The position numbers and the translations under genes were made by a program. Positions 20,250-31,049 of a DNA stretch of 64,000 bases are shown one piece after another. A model generated the notes under the pieces. The model was not told the origin of the DNA, ran no database searches, and was given only the letters and a program-made list of their open reading frames with translations. This DNA comes from an uncultured Thermoleophilia bacterium (GTDB lineage: Bacteria; Actinomycetota; Thermoleophilia; UBA2241). Within the stretch, counting starts at the first letter, position 1. Each line of letters opens with the position of its first letter. The DNA is taken from NCBI GenBank assembly GCA_963707855.1, contig CAVPRQ010000020.1:41940-105939 (forward strand), written 5' to 3'.

Positions 20250-21560
20250 TTAGCGCGGCAGGCGGCCGGGCCCGTAGAGGGCGGCCGCCTCGTCGCGGAT
20301 CTGGTCGCGGAACGCTGGGTCGGCGACGGCGAGCAGCTCCTCGGCGCGCTCGCGCAGCCCCTTGCCGCGCAGGTGGGCGACGCCGTGCTCGGTGACGACG
20401 TAGTCGACGTCGGCGCGCATCGTGGTCACCGCGGTGCCGGGCGCGAGCGCCGCGACGATGCGCGACACGGTGCCCTTCTTGGCCGTCGACGGCAGGGCGA
20501 TGATCGCCTTGCCGTCGCGGCTCCGGGCGGCGCCGCGGACGAAGTCGACCTGGCCGCCGATGCCGGTGAACTGCGTCGCGCCCATGGCGTCGGCCACGAC
20601 CTGGCCCATGAGGTCGACCTGGATCGCCGAGTTGATGGCGACGACGCGGTCGTTCTGACCGATGAGGTACGGGTCGTTGATGATGTTCACCGGGAACATG
20701 TTGACGGCCGGGTTGTCGTCGACGAAGTCGTAGAGGCGGCGCGTGCCCATGAGGAACGTGGCCGCCATCTTGTCGCGGTTGATCGTCTTGTTGCGGTTGG
20801 TGATGACGCCCTCGTTGTAGAGGTCGACGACGCCCTCGCTGAACATCTCGCTGTGGATACCGAGGTCGTTCTTCTCGTGCAGGAAGAGGAGCACCGCGTC
20901 GGGGATGCCGCCGATGCCGAGCTGCAGGCAGGAGCCGTCCTCGACGAGGCCGGCGATGTGCTTGCCGATCGCCTCCTCGACGGGGCCGATCTTCGGCGGC
21001 GGGAGCTCGATGATGGGCTGCTCGCTCTCGACGACGACGTCGATCTCGGAGACGTGGATGAACGAGTCGCCGTGGGTGCGCGGCATGTTCGGGTTGACCT
21101 GGGCGACGACCGTCTTCGCCACCTGGGCGGCCGGCTTGGTGTAGTCGACCGAGATGCCGAAGGAGCAGAAGCCGTGCTTGTCGGGCGGCGACACGTGGAT
21201 CAGCGCCACGTCCGGCGGCAGGTACCCCTCGCAGAACAGCTTGGGGATCTCGCTGAAGAACACCGGGATGTAGTCGCCGCGCCCGTCCCTGACGGCCTCG
21301 CGGGTGCTGGCGCCGACGAAGAGCGACTTGTGGAAGAACGAGCCGGCCATCTCGGGCTGGGCGTACTCACCCTTGCCCATCGCCACCATGTGGTTGATCT
21401 CGACGCGCTCGAGCTCGGGGGCGCGGGCGACGAGCTCGTCGACGAGCTCGAGCGGCTCGCCGCAGGCGTGCGCGAACACGACGCGGTCGCCGGACTTGAC
21501 GACCTTCATCGCCTCCGCGGCCGTGACGACCTTGCCGGCGTAGTCTGACTTCCAGTCCAT
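20250..21560 (-). CDS. abfT: 4-hydroxybutyrate CoA-transferase (acetyl-CoA hydrolase/transferase family)
   Basis: ATG 21560 follows AGGAG. MDWKSDYAGKVVTAAEAMKVVKSGDRVVFAHACGEP..LQLGIGGIPDAVL..GIHSEMFSEG..INSAIQVDLMGQV..GGQVDFVRGA.. Intact. Confidence 0.85.
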   Translation of the reverse strand: MDWKSDYAGKVVTAAEAMKVVKSGDRVVFAHACGEPLELVDELVARAPELERVEINHMVAMGKGEYAQPEMAGSFFHKSLFVGASTREAVRDGRGDYIPVFFSEIPKLFCEGYLPPDVALIHVSPPDKHGFCSFGISVDYTKPAAQVAKTVVAQVNPNMPRTHGDSFIHVSEIDVVVESEQPIIELPPPKIGPVEEAIGKHIAGLVEDGSCLQLGIGGIPDAVLLFLHEKNDLGIHSEMFSEGVVDLYNEGVITNRNKTINRDKMAATFLMGTRRLYDFVDDNPAVNMFPVNIINDPYLIGQNDRVVAINSAIQVDLMGQVVADAMGATQFTGIGGQVDFVRGAARSRDGKAIIALPSTAKKGTVSRIVAALAPGTAVTTMRADVDYVVTEHGVAHLRGKGLRERAEELLAVADPAFRDQIRDEAAALYGPGRLPR

Positions 21561-21564
21561 CCCA

Positions 21565-21840
21565 TCACTCCTTGAGCTTGGCGCTGACCGCGGCGGCGAT
21601 CTCCGGCGCCGGCACCTGGACGCCGTCGACCTGGGCGCCGGCGACGACAGCCGCCGCGGGGTCATCGGTGGCGAGCTGGTGCTCGGACGCGCAGGCCCGG
21701 GGGCAGCCCGAGAGGTAGACGACGCTGCCCGGACGGGCGAAGACCGGCGCGGTCTCGAGCTCGTTCGCGACCGCGCCGCGGTCGATCTGGGGGTTGCAGC
21801 CGCCGCAGTAGACGACGCGGAGACCGGCGGCTTGCGCCAC
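21565..21840 (-). CDS. small Cys-rich hypothetical protein between abfD and abfT
   Basis: 91-aa ORF MAQAAGLRVVYCGGCNPQIDRG..VVYLSGCPRACASEH.. The stop lies 4 nt before the abfT start, so it is packed in the operon. No family was recognised with certainty. Confidence 0.55.
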   Translation of the reverse strand: MAQAAGLRVVYCGGCNPQIDRGAVANELETAPVFARPGSVVYLSGCPRACASEHQLATDDPAAAVVAGAQVDGVQVPAPEIAAAVSAKLKE

Positions 21841-21897
21841 CGCCGCGTCGTCACCGCCCGGGCTCGCTGCCGGGCGCGTCCCTGTCGGCGGGTACGG

Positions 21898-23409
21898 TCA
21901 CGCGTCGGCGACGGCCGCCGGCTTCTTGACCTTCGCCTTGTCCCACGGGCGCCCGACCTCGGCGATCGCCTTGGCGAGCTCCTTCTTGTGGTCCATGTTG
22001 GACTGCCGGGCGATCATGATGCGCTGCGCCTGCGGCGATCCGGCGCCGTGCATCGACTCGGTGCGGTAGCCGACCGCGCCGGCGCCGATGGTGAGGTTCT
22101 CGATGAGGCGCAGGACGCGCATGCGGTCGATGGTCGGGGTGTCGCAGTTGCCGACGAGGAACTTCTCGACGATCGGCCCGAGTCTTGTCGTCGGCGAGGT
22201 CCTGGGCCGACGGCATGGTGACCATGAGGCCGCCGGCGATGTCCTCGGCCAGGCGGGCGATCTCGTACGGGAACCGGGTGACGTTCTGCTTGCACACGTT
22301 GGCCAGCAGCATGTCGATCTGGTAGTTGCCGGAGGGCATCTTGACGCCCTCGGCCGAGCAGGCGATGCCGCAACTGAAGAGCGTCTCGTTGAGGTGCGTC
22401 ATCTCGATGAGCTTGTCCTTGACGTGGCTCGCCTTGGCGACACCGTTGTACTCGGCGGCCAGGGCGGCGGCGCCGATGAGCACGTCGCCGACGCCGACCT
22501 TGCAGCCGCCGTAGCTCTGGCGGTGGAAGCCGGCGAAGCGCTCGACGAGGGCGCCCGTGAACTCGATCTCACCGCACAGGTAGACCCTGTCCCAGGGCAC
22601 GAAGACGTCGTCGAAGATCATCAGCGCCTCTTGTCCGCCGTAGCGCATGTTGCCGACGTCGAGGTCCGACTCCTCGAGCTTGCGCGTGTCGCAGCTCTGG
22701 CGGCCGTAGATGTACGAGATGCCGGGGGCGTTGGACGGGGTCGAGAACGAGACCGCGAAGTCCTCGTCGCCCGGCCGCATGGCGATGGTGGGCATGACGA
22801 CGATCTCATGCGAGTTGCAGGCGCCCGTCTGGTGCGCCTTGACGCCGCGTACGACGATGCCGTCGTCGCGCCTCTCGACCACGTGGACGTAGACGTCAGG
22901 GTCGGGCTGCTGTGACGGCGACAGGCTGCGGTCGCCCTTGGCGTCGGTCATGGCGCCGTCGGCGACGAGGTCGTTGTCCTGCAGGTACTGGACGTACTTC
23001 TTGAAGCGCTCGTGGTAGTCGGTGCCCTTCGCCTGGTCGGTCTCCCAGGTCACCGAGTAGAGGGCGTTGATCGCGTCCATGCCGACGCAGCGCTGGAAGC
23101 AGGAGCCGGTCTTCTGGCCGAGGAGGCGCTGCATCTTGACCTTCTTGACGAGGTCCCCGGTCGACTGGTGGATGTGGGTGAAGCGGTTGACCTTCTTGCC
23201 CGTGAGGTGGCTGGTCGCCAGCATGAGGTCTTCGTACTCGGGGAGCTCGCGCCAGCTCGTAGGTCATGGCGATGCAGTTGATGCTGGGGCGGATCATGGG
23301 ATGGTTGACGTAGTCGTCGACCTTCTCGCCGAAGAGGTAGATCTCGAGGCCGAGGTCGGCGATGCTCTGGACGAACTCCTCGGGTGTCCTGAGAGTCATG
23401 CGTCCACTC
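21898..23409 (-). CDS. abfD: 4-hydroxybutyryl-CoA dehydratase / vinylacetyl-CoA isomerase, two frameshifts (about 23243 and 22178)
   Basis: ATG 23409 follows GGAAGGAG. MTLRTPEEFVQSIADLGLEIYLFGEKVDDYVNHPMIRPSINCIAMTYELA / ..EYEDLMLATSHLTGKKVNRFTHIHQST..MQRLLGQKTGSCFQRCVGMDA..GRQSCDTRK..HRQSYGGCKVGVGDV.. / ..RMRVLRLIENLTIGAGAVGYRTESMHGAGSPQAQRIMIARQ.. This is colinear with Clostridium aminobutyricum AbfD as I recall it. Confidence 0.88.
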
Positions 23410-24012
23410 CTTCCAGGTGCGGGCCAGTACCGGGCGCGGGCGCGCGTCAAGGACGGAGGCACTCGCGCGGTCATCTCGGTGCGGCGGGGGCGGAAGGGAA
23501 GTGCGGGGGTGTCCTGGCGCCCTCTCCAGTGAATGGACTCTACACACGCGCGAGGGCTTCGTCAATTTGTTCCAACGCAGAGCCAAGGAAGCCCCCCACT
23601 ATAGACATATTGGCCAGTCCCGCGAGCGTGGACCGGCTCGGCGGCGGACGGAGCGGCGCCCGACCTGGCATGGAGGTGGCGAGGCCACTCAGCGAGGTCG
23701 GGCGCGACCTGCTTGCCGAAACCGTCGGCGGCTCTCAGATCGACGTTGCCGAATCCGTCGTTCGGCGACGCGGACTGGGCCGCGCGTCGTTGTCCAGTCT
23801 GTACCGAATGGCCCAGCCCGATGCGCCAAGTTTGTCTCTCGTGGCACATGCGACGTGTCGGGGCGGCGGCGTATACTTCGGCCGCCCGACCGAATCGAAC
23901 ATGCTCCAGGCCGGGCGGAGCCGTCTGTCAGCACAACGCGTCCGGCCGTCGACCGCGAGCGCGCGAGACGGGCTCGGCCACCAATCTGCGACCGCCTAGT
24001 GGAGGGCAGTTC

Positions 24013-25374
24013 ATGAGCGCTTTCGTCAACGAATTCATGGCCGAACTCAAGGCCAAGAACCCGGGCGAGCCCGAGTTCCATCAGGCCGCCCAGGAGGTCG
24101 CGGAGTCTCTCGAGGTCGTCCTCGACAAGAACCCGAAGTACCGCGAGGCCAAGATCCTCGAGCGTATCGCCGAGCCCGAGCGCGTGATCCTGTTCCGCGT
24201 CCCGTGGGTCGACGACAAGGGCGAGATCCAGCTCAACAAGGGCTACCGCGTCGAGATGAACAGCGCCATCGGCCCGTACAAGGGCGGCCTGCGCTTCCAT
24301 CCCAGCGTGTACCTCGGACTCCTCAAGTTCCTCGCCTTCGAGCAGGTGTTCAAGAACGCGCTCACCACGCTGCCCATGGGCGGCGGCAAGGGCGGCTCCA
24401 ACTTCGACCCCAAGGGCAAGAGCGACCTCGAGGTCATGCGCTTCACGCAGAGCTTCATGACCGAGCTCTGCCGCCACATCGGCGACCGCACCGACATCCC
24501 CGCCGGCGACATCGGCGTGGGCGGCCGCGAGATCGGCTTCATGTTCGGGCAGTACAAGCGCATCAAGAACGAGTTCGTCGGCGTGCTCACCGGCAAGGGC
24601 ATCGAGTTCGGCGGCTCGCTCATCCGGCCCGAGGCCACCGGCTACGGCGCGGTCTACTTCGCCGCCGAGATGCTCTCGACGCGCGACGAGACCCTCGAGG
24701 GCAAGACCTGCCTCGTCAGCGGCTCGGGCAACGTCGCCCAGTACACGATCGAGAAGATCCTCGACCTGGGCGGCAAGCCGGTCACCTGCTCCGACTCGGG
24801 CGGCTACATCTACGACGAAGCGGGCTTCGACCGCGACAAGCTGGCCTTCCTGCTCGAGCTCAAGAACGTCAAGCGCGGCCGCGTGAGCGAGTACGCGGAC
24901 AAGTACTCCAGCGCCGTCTACACGCCGGTCGACCCGGCCAAGGACTTCAACCCGCTGTGGGACCACAAGGCCGACTGCGCCTTCCCGAGCGCGACGCAGA
25001 ACGAGATCAACGCGAAGGACGCCCAGAACCTGCTGGACAACGGCGTCTACGTGGTCTCCGAGGGCGCGAACATGCCGACCGTCCCCGAGGGCGTCAACCT
25101 CTTCGTCGAGAAGGGCATCCTCTACGGCCCCGGCAAGGCCGCCAACGCCGGCGGCGTCGCCACCTCGGGTCTCGAGCAGTCGCAGAACAGCCTGCGTCTC
25201 AGCTGGACCCGCGAAGAGGTCGACACGCGCCTGCACGGCATCATGAAGAGCATCCACAAGCAGTGCGTCGACGCCGCCGCGGCGTACGGCGTGCAGGGCA
25301 ACTACGTCGCCGGCGCCAACATCGCGGGCTTCCTCAAGGTCGCCAACGCGATGATGGCCCAGGGCGTCGTCTGA
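24013..25374 (+). CDS. gdhA: NADP-type glutamate dehydrogenase
   Basis: ATG 24013 follows GGAGGG. ..RVPWVDDKGEIQLNKGYRVEMNSAIGPYKGGLRFHPSV..PMGGGKGGSNFDPKGKSD..GSGNVAQY..ANAGGVATSGLE.. Intact. Confidence 0.93.
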   Translation: MSAFVNEFMAELKAKNPGEPEFHQAAQEVAESLEVVLDKNPKYREAKILERIAEPERVILFRVPWVDDKGEIQLNKGYRVEMNSAIGPYKGGLRFHPSVYLGLLKFLAFEQVFKNALTTLPMGGGKGGSNFDPKGKSDLEVMRFTQSFMTELCRHIGDRTDIPAGDIGVGGREIGFMFGQYKRIKNEFVGVLTGKGIEFGGSLIRPEATGYGAVYFAAEMLSTRDETLEGKTCLVSGSGNVAQYTIEKILDLGGKPVTCSDSGGYIYDEAGFDRDKLAFLLELKNVKRGRVSEYADKYSSAVYTPVDPAKDFNPLWDHKADCAFPSATQNEINAKDAQNLLDNGVYVVSEGANMPTVPEGVNLFVEKGILYGPGKAANAGGVATSGLEQSQNSLRLSWTREEVDTRLHGIMKSIHKQCVDAAAAYGVQGNYVAGANIAGFLKVANAMMAQGVV

Positions 25375-25425
25375 CCAAGCCCTCCGCTCGAGACGGCTCC
25401 CCCCGCCGTCGCCGAGAGCGAGAGC

Positions 25426-25459
25426 ACGGGCGCGCGGTCCTCGCGGACCGCGCGCCCGT
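25426..25459 (+). terminator. 15-bp perfect hairpin after gdhA
   Basis: ACGGGCGCGCGGTCC-TCGC-GGACCGCGCGCCCGT, 52 nt after the gdhA stop. Confidence 0.6.
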
Positions 25460-25608
25460 CAGCCCGGTGGCCATGGGAGGGGTCGCGACAGTTTGAGCGC
25501 AGTTCGGCCTCGGGTATCAACCGTGAGGCTTGAGTGTGAATCCTTCAGGAGCCTGGCCCTCCTGGCCGGCGGCGACGACCGCGGGAGGAGGCGGAAAGGG
25601 GCGACGAG

Positions 25609-25953
<345 letters not shown>

Positions 25954-25999
25954 CAGTCCGAGGACGCGCGGCCGCCGGCTTGCCGGCGGCCTGAAGAAC

Positions 26000-26038
26000 G
26001 ACGAGGGGCCCGGCAGCTCGGCTGCCGGGCCCCTCGTC
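26000..26038. terminator. 18-bp perfect hairpin between the P-II-like gene and trxA
   Basis: GACGAGGGGCCCGGCAGC-TCG-GCTGCCGGGCCCCTCGTC. Confidence 0.6.
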
Positions 26039-26093
26039 GTCTCGTCGTCATGCCGCGCGCGATCGCGGGCGCGCCGCGCCGGCTCCGGGTGTC

Positions 26094-26414
26094 TCAGGCC
26101 AGCTCGAACTCGCGCTCGAGGTCGGCCTTGGGACGCGCCCCGATCACCTTCTTGGCGGCCTGGCCGTCCTTGAAGAGGATGATCGTGGGGATGCTCATGA
26201 TGCCGAACTTGCTGGCCGTCGCCGGGTTCTCGTCGACGTTGACCTTGCCGACGACGACCTTGTCGGCGTGGTCACCGGCGATCTCCTCGACGACCGGCCC
26301 TACCATGCGGCAAGGACCGCACCACGGGGCCCAGAAGTCGACGATCATCGGCAGCGCGGCGTCGGCGAGCGCGCTGTCGAAGTCCGCGTCGGTCAGGGTC
26401 TTCACATCTGCCAC
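26094..26414 (-). CDS. trxA: thioredoxin
   Basis: 106 aa starting at GTG: ..MIVDFWAPWCGPCRMVGPVVEEIA..VGKVNVDENP..GIMSIPTIILFKDG.. Confidence 0.95.
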   Translation of the reverse strand: MADVKTLTDADFDSALADAALPMIVDFWAPWCGPCRMVGPVVEEIAGDHADKVVVGKVNVDENPATASKFGIMSIPTIILFKDGQAAKKVIGARPKADLEREFELA

Positions 26415-26500
26415 GGTCTTCCTCCTTGATGGGTGCGACCAGCCGGTCGCGGGTGTCGAGCGGTCGGACTTGTCGAAGGGTCTGCGATACCGCCCAACGG

Positions 26501-26894
26501 TCAGACGGCGTCGATCACGCGCGCGAGGCGCGCCTGGACGTCGACGGCGATCTCGTCGAGGGCCGGGTTGCCCACGATGCCGAGCATCTCGCCGGCGTTG
26601 ATCGCGCTGACGCGCGTGCCGCCCTCGGTCTCGTAGACGACGACGTTGCAGGGAAGGAGCAGTCCCAGCTCGGGCTCTGCCTGAAGGGCCTTGTGCGCGT
26701 GACTCGGGCTGCAGGCGCCGAGGATGGCGTACTTGCCGCGTTCGACCCCGAGCTTGGCACGCAGCGTCGCCTGCACGTCGATCTCGGTGAGCACGCCGAA
26801 GCCCTCGGCCTTGAGCGCGTCCTTGACGCGCGGCAGGACCTCATCGTAGGGCTCGGGACAGCACGCGTCCGATCCCGTACTCGAGGCTCTCCAT
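26501..26894 (-). CDS. DUF302 domain protein, frameshifted near 26850
   Basis: ATG 26894 follows GAGGAGG (MESLEYGIGRVLS). It then continues in the frame of ORF 26501..27073: EPYDEVLPRVKDALKAEGFGVLTEIDVQATLRAKLG..YAILGACSPSHAHKAL..LLPCNVVVYE.. There is an extra C in a C run. Confidence 0.75.
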
Positions 26895-27187
26895 GCACGA
26901 CCTCCTCGTCGCTCACACCGGGGACGCCACTCGTATACCCCACGGGGGTATGACTCGAACCCTCTCGGCGACCGCTGGGGCGGCAGGCGGGCCTCCCGGC
27001 TCAGGGCTAGCATGCCCGCGAGGCGGGGGCGCCAACCGTCGCCATCGCGGTCACGGCGGCCGTCTGCCGGCATCGGGCGACGACCCTCGCCTCGCGCACG
27101 GGCTATCGGCTATCATTCGTGGTTCACGGTCGCGGCCGGGACGGGCCGCGGACGTGCCCAGTCCGCCGGCAGAGAGGTGGCGTCAAG

Positions 27188-28850
27188 GTGAGAAGCGACG
27201 AGATCAAGCGCGGTCCGCAGCGCGCCCCGCACCGCTCCCTGCTGCGCGCGCTCGGCGTGAGCGACGCCGAGATGGAACGTCCGTTCGTCGGCGTCGCCAA
27301 CTCCTTCAGCGAGGCCGTCCCCGGGCACATGCACCTGCGCCAGGTCGTCGACGCCGTGAAGGCCGGCGTGCGCATGGCCGGCGGCACGCCCTTCGAGTTC
27401 GGCGTCCTCGGCATCTGCGACGGCATCGCGATGAACCACGAGGGCATGCTCTACTCGCTGCCGAGCCGCGAGCTGGTGGCGGACAGCGTCGAATCCATGG
27501 CCAAGGGCCACGCCTTCGACGCCCTCGTCCTCGTGCCGTGCTGCGACAAGATCGTGCCCGGCATGCTCATGGCGGCGATGCGCCTGAACATCCCGGCCGT
27601 GATGGTGGGCGGCGGCGCGATGCTCGCCGGCCGGCAGGGCGGCCGCGTGATCGACCTCAACACCGTCTTCGAAGGGGTCGGCCGCCACATGGCCGGCGAG
27701 CTCGACGACGACGGCCTCAAGGCGCTCGAGTGCGCCGCCTGCCCGACCTGCGGTTCGTGCTCGGGCATGTTCACCGCGAACTCCATGAACTGCCTCGCCG
27801 AGGTGCTCGGTCTGGCGCTGCCCGGCAACGGCACCGTGCCGGCCGTGTACTCCGAGCGCCTGCGTCTCGCCAAGGAGGCCGGCATGGCCGTGATGGACGT
27901 GCTCGCCAAGGACCTCAAGCCGCGCGACATCGTCACCGACGCGGTCGATCGGCAACGCCCTGGCGCTCGACGCGAGCCTCGGCTGCAGCACCAACACGGT
28001 GCTCCACCTGGCGGCGATCGCGACGGAGGCCGGGCTCGACTTCCCCCTGCAGCGCATCAACGACGTCGCCGCCAAGGTGCCGCACCTCTGCAAGCTGGCG
28101 CCGGCGAGCGACGTGCACGTCGAGGACCTCTACCACGCCGGCGGGATCCAGGCGCTGATGAAGCGCCTGATCGACGCCGGCCTGATGGACGGCGCGACGA
28201 AGACGGTCGCCGCCGCGACGCAGGCGGACGCGGTCGCAGGGGCGCGCGTGCTCGACGACGAGGTCATCCGCCCGCTCGACCGTCCTCACCACGCGACCGG
28301 CGGTCTCGCCGTCCTCTTCGGCAACCTCGCCCCGAACGGCGCCGTCGTCAAGGAGGGCGCGGTGGCCGACGAGATGCTGCGCCACCGCGGCCCCGCGCAG
28401 GTGTTCGAGAGCGAGGCCGAGGCGGTGGCGGCGATCGCCGCCGACCAGGTCCGCAAGGGCGGCGTGGTCGTGATCCGCAACTGCGGCCCCAAGGGCGCGC
28501 CCGGCATGCCCGAGATGCTGACCCCGACCTCGGCGATCGCCGGGCGCGGCCTCGACAAGGACGTCGCCCTGATCACCGACGGCCGCTTCAGCGGCGCCAC
28601 GCGTGGCGCGGCGATCGGCCACGTGGCGCCGGAGGCCCAGGCCGATGGTCCCATCGGCCTGGTCGAGGACGGCGACACGATCGCCATCGACATCCCGGCC
28701 CGCAGCCTGACCCTCGAGGTGAGCGAGGAGGAACTCGCGCGGCGCAGGGCGGCGAAGCCGCCCGCCACGCCGCGCGACGGCGTAACGGGGTACCTCGCCC
28801 GCTACGTCAAACTCGTCTCCGGCGCCGAGAAGGGAGCCGTGCTCCGATGA
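27188..28850 (+). CDS. ilvD: dihydroxy-acid dehydratase, frameshifted near 27945
   Basis: From GTG 27188: [72 protein letters not shown].. It continues in ORF 27999..28850: ..[50 protein letters not shown].. Confidence 0.92.
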
Positions 28851-30573
28851 CACCACAGACCAGGATGAAAGGCTCCGAAGCGATCGTCCGCGCCCTGCAG
28901 GACGAGGGCTGCGACGTCATCTTCGGCTATCCGGGCGGCGTCGTGATCCCGTTCTACGACGCGCTCATGGACTCGGACCTGCGCCACCTGCTCGTGCGGC
29001 ACGAGCAGGGCGCGGCGCACGCCGCCGACGGCTACGCGCGCGCGACCGGCAAGGTCGGCGTCTGCATCGCGACCAGCGGCCCGGGCGCGACCAACCTCGT
29101 CACGGGCATCGCCAACGCCTACCTCGACTCGATCCCGATCGTCGCCATCACCGGCCAGGTGAAGAGCGACCTCATCGGCACCGACGCCTTCCAGGAGGCC
29201 GACACGACCGGCATCACGCTGCCGATCGTCAAGCACTCGTACCTGGTGCAGGACGCGGCGGAACTGCCGCAGATCATCCACGAGGCCTTCCACATCGCCG
29301 GGACCGGCCGGCCCGGCCCCGTGCTCATCGACATCCCCGTGACGGCGTCGCTTGCCGAGGTCGCCTACAGACGTCCCGACGGCCCGGACCTGCCGGGCTA
29401 CAAGCCCACGGTGCAGGGGTCACGTCAAGCAGATCCGCTCCGCGGCCAAGGCGATCAACGAGGCCGAGCGCCCCGTGTTCTACGTCGGCGGGGGCGTGAT
29501 CTCGAGCGAGGCGGCGCCGGAGCTGCTCCGCGTCGCCGAACTGCGCCGCCTGCCGGTGGCGACCACGCTCATGGGCCTGGGCGCCTTTCCCGAGACGCAC
29601 GAGCTTGCGCTGGGCATGCTCGGCATGCACGGCACCGTGACCGGCAACTACGCGGTCAACGAGTGCGACCTGCTGATCGCCGTCGGGGCGCGCTTCGACG
29701 ACCGCGTGACCGGCAAGCTGAGCGCCTTCGCCCCCAAGGCCAAGGTCATCCACATCGACGTGGATCCGGCCGAGATCGGCAAGAACGTCGAGCCCATGAT
29801 CCCGATCGTCGGCGACGCCAAGCACGTGCTCGCCGCGCTGGCGAAGGAGCTCGAGGCGCTGGAGTGGTCGCCGGAACGCCGGACGCCTGGTGGGCGAAGC
29901 TGCAGCGCGTGGCAGGACGAGTACCCGCTGCACTACGAGGACCCGACCGACGGCACGCTGGCGCCCCAGTTCGTCATCCAGGAGATCGACCGCGTCACCG
30001 AGAGCTCCGCGGTCATCTGCACCGACGTCGGCCAGCACCAGATGTGGGCGACCCAGTACTACACGTACACGTTCCCGCGACAGTGGATCAGCTCGGGCGG
30101 CCTGGGGACGATGGGGTTCGGCCTGCCGTCGAGCATCGGCGCCAAGGTCGGGCGCCCCGACGCGACCGTGATCGACATCTCCGGCGACGGAGGCTTCCAG
30201 ATGACCGTCCAGGAGCTGGCGACGGCCGTGAACTACGACGTCCCCGTCGTGGTCGCGATCCTGAACAACCGCTACCTGGGCATGGTCCGCCAGTGGCAGG
30301 ACCTCTTCTGGAACAAGCGCTACTCGCACACGCACTTCGAGCGCCAGCCCGACTTCAAGATGCTGGCCGAGGCGTACGGTGCGGTGGGCATGGCGGTCAC
30401 CGAGAAGGACCAGGTCGGCCGACGCCCTGCGCGAGGCGATCGCCTGCGGGCGTCCGGCGGTCATCGACTTCAAGGTCGCGGGCGAGGAGAACGTGTACCC
30501 CATGGTGCCGGCCGGCAGCTCGATCACCGAGATGATCGGCGGCGTGGCCCCGCGCAGGAGGAAGAAGTCATGA
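28847..30573 (+). CDS. ilvB: acetolactate synthase large subunit, frameshifts near 29420 and 30420 (plus a possible compensated pair at 29875-29907)
   Basis: ATG 28847 overlaps the ilvD stop (ATGA). ..[65 protein letters not shown].. then ..[25 protein letters not shown].. and a tail ..[19 protein letters not shown].. in a third frame. Confidence 0.92.
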
Positions 30574-31049
30574 AGCACACGCTCTGCGTGCTCGTCGAGA
30601 ACAAGCCCGGCGTGCTCACGCGTGTCGCCGGCCTCTTCGCCCGCCGCGGGTTCAACATCGAGGGGCTGGCCGTGGGGCCGAGCGAGGACCCGCGGCTCTC
30701 GCGCATGACGATCACCATCGACGGCGCCGAGCACCCGATCGACCAGGTGACGAAGCAGCTGCACAAGCTCATCAACGTGGTGAAGATCCGCGACTTGGAC
30801 CCGGCCGGCATGGTGGCCGAGGAGCTCATGTTGGTGAAGGTCAGCGCCGAAGGCGACAAGCGCGCCGAGGTGCTGCAGATCGCCGAGGTGTTCAACGCCA
30901 AGATCGTCGATGTCGAGCGCCGGAGCGTGGTCCTGCGCGTCGTGGGCTCGTCGCAGAAGCTCGAGGCGCTGCTCGAGCTGCTCAAGCCGGTCGGCATCCT
31001 CGAGATCGTGCGCACCGGCTCGATCGCCATCGGGCGCGGTCGAGGCTAG
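30570..31049 (+). CDS. ilvN: acetolactate synthase small (regulatory) subunit
   Basis: ATG 30570 overlaps the ilvB stop. [48 protein letters not shown].. Confidence 0.92.
   Translation: MKHTLCVLVENKPGVLTRVAGLFARRGFNIEGLAVGPSEDPRLSRMTITIDGAEHPIDQVTKQLHKLINVVKIRDLDPAGMVAEELMLVKVSAEGDKRAEVLQIAEVFNAKIVDVERRSVVLRVVGSSQKLEALLELLKPVGILEIVRTGSIAIGRGRG

Noticed and set aside
23067-23999. 310-aa (+) and 95-aa (-) ORFs filling the abfD-gdhA spacer.
   Set aside because: They have no motif, atypical composition and no RBS. They are kept only as an unusually long spacer observation.
27119-30535. Giant composite ORFs: 27119..30535 (1138 aa), 42924..46106 (1060 aa) and 46262..48784 (840 aa).
   Set aside because: Each strings together in-frame pieces of two or more real genes (ilvD+ilvB; aminotransferase+serA; aminotransferase+AOR) with nonsense frames in between. 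They are not fusion proteins.
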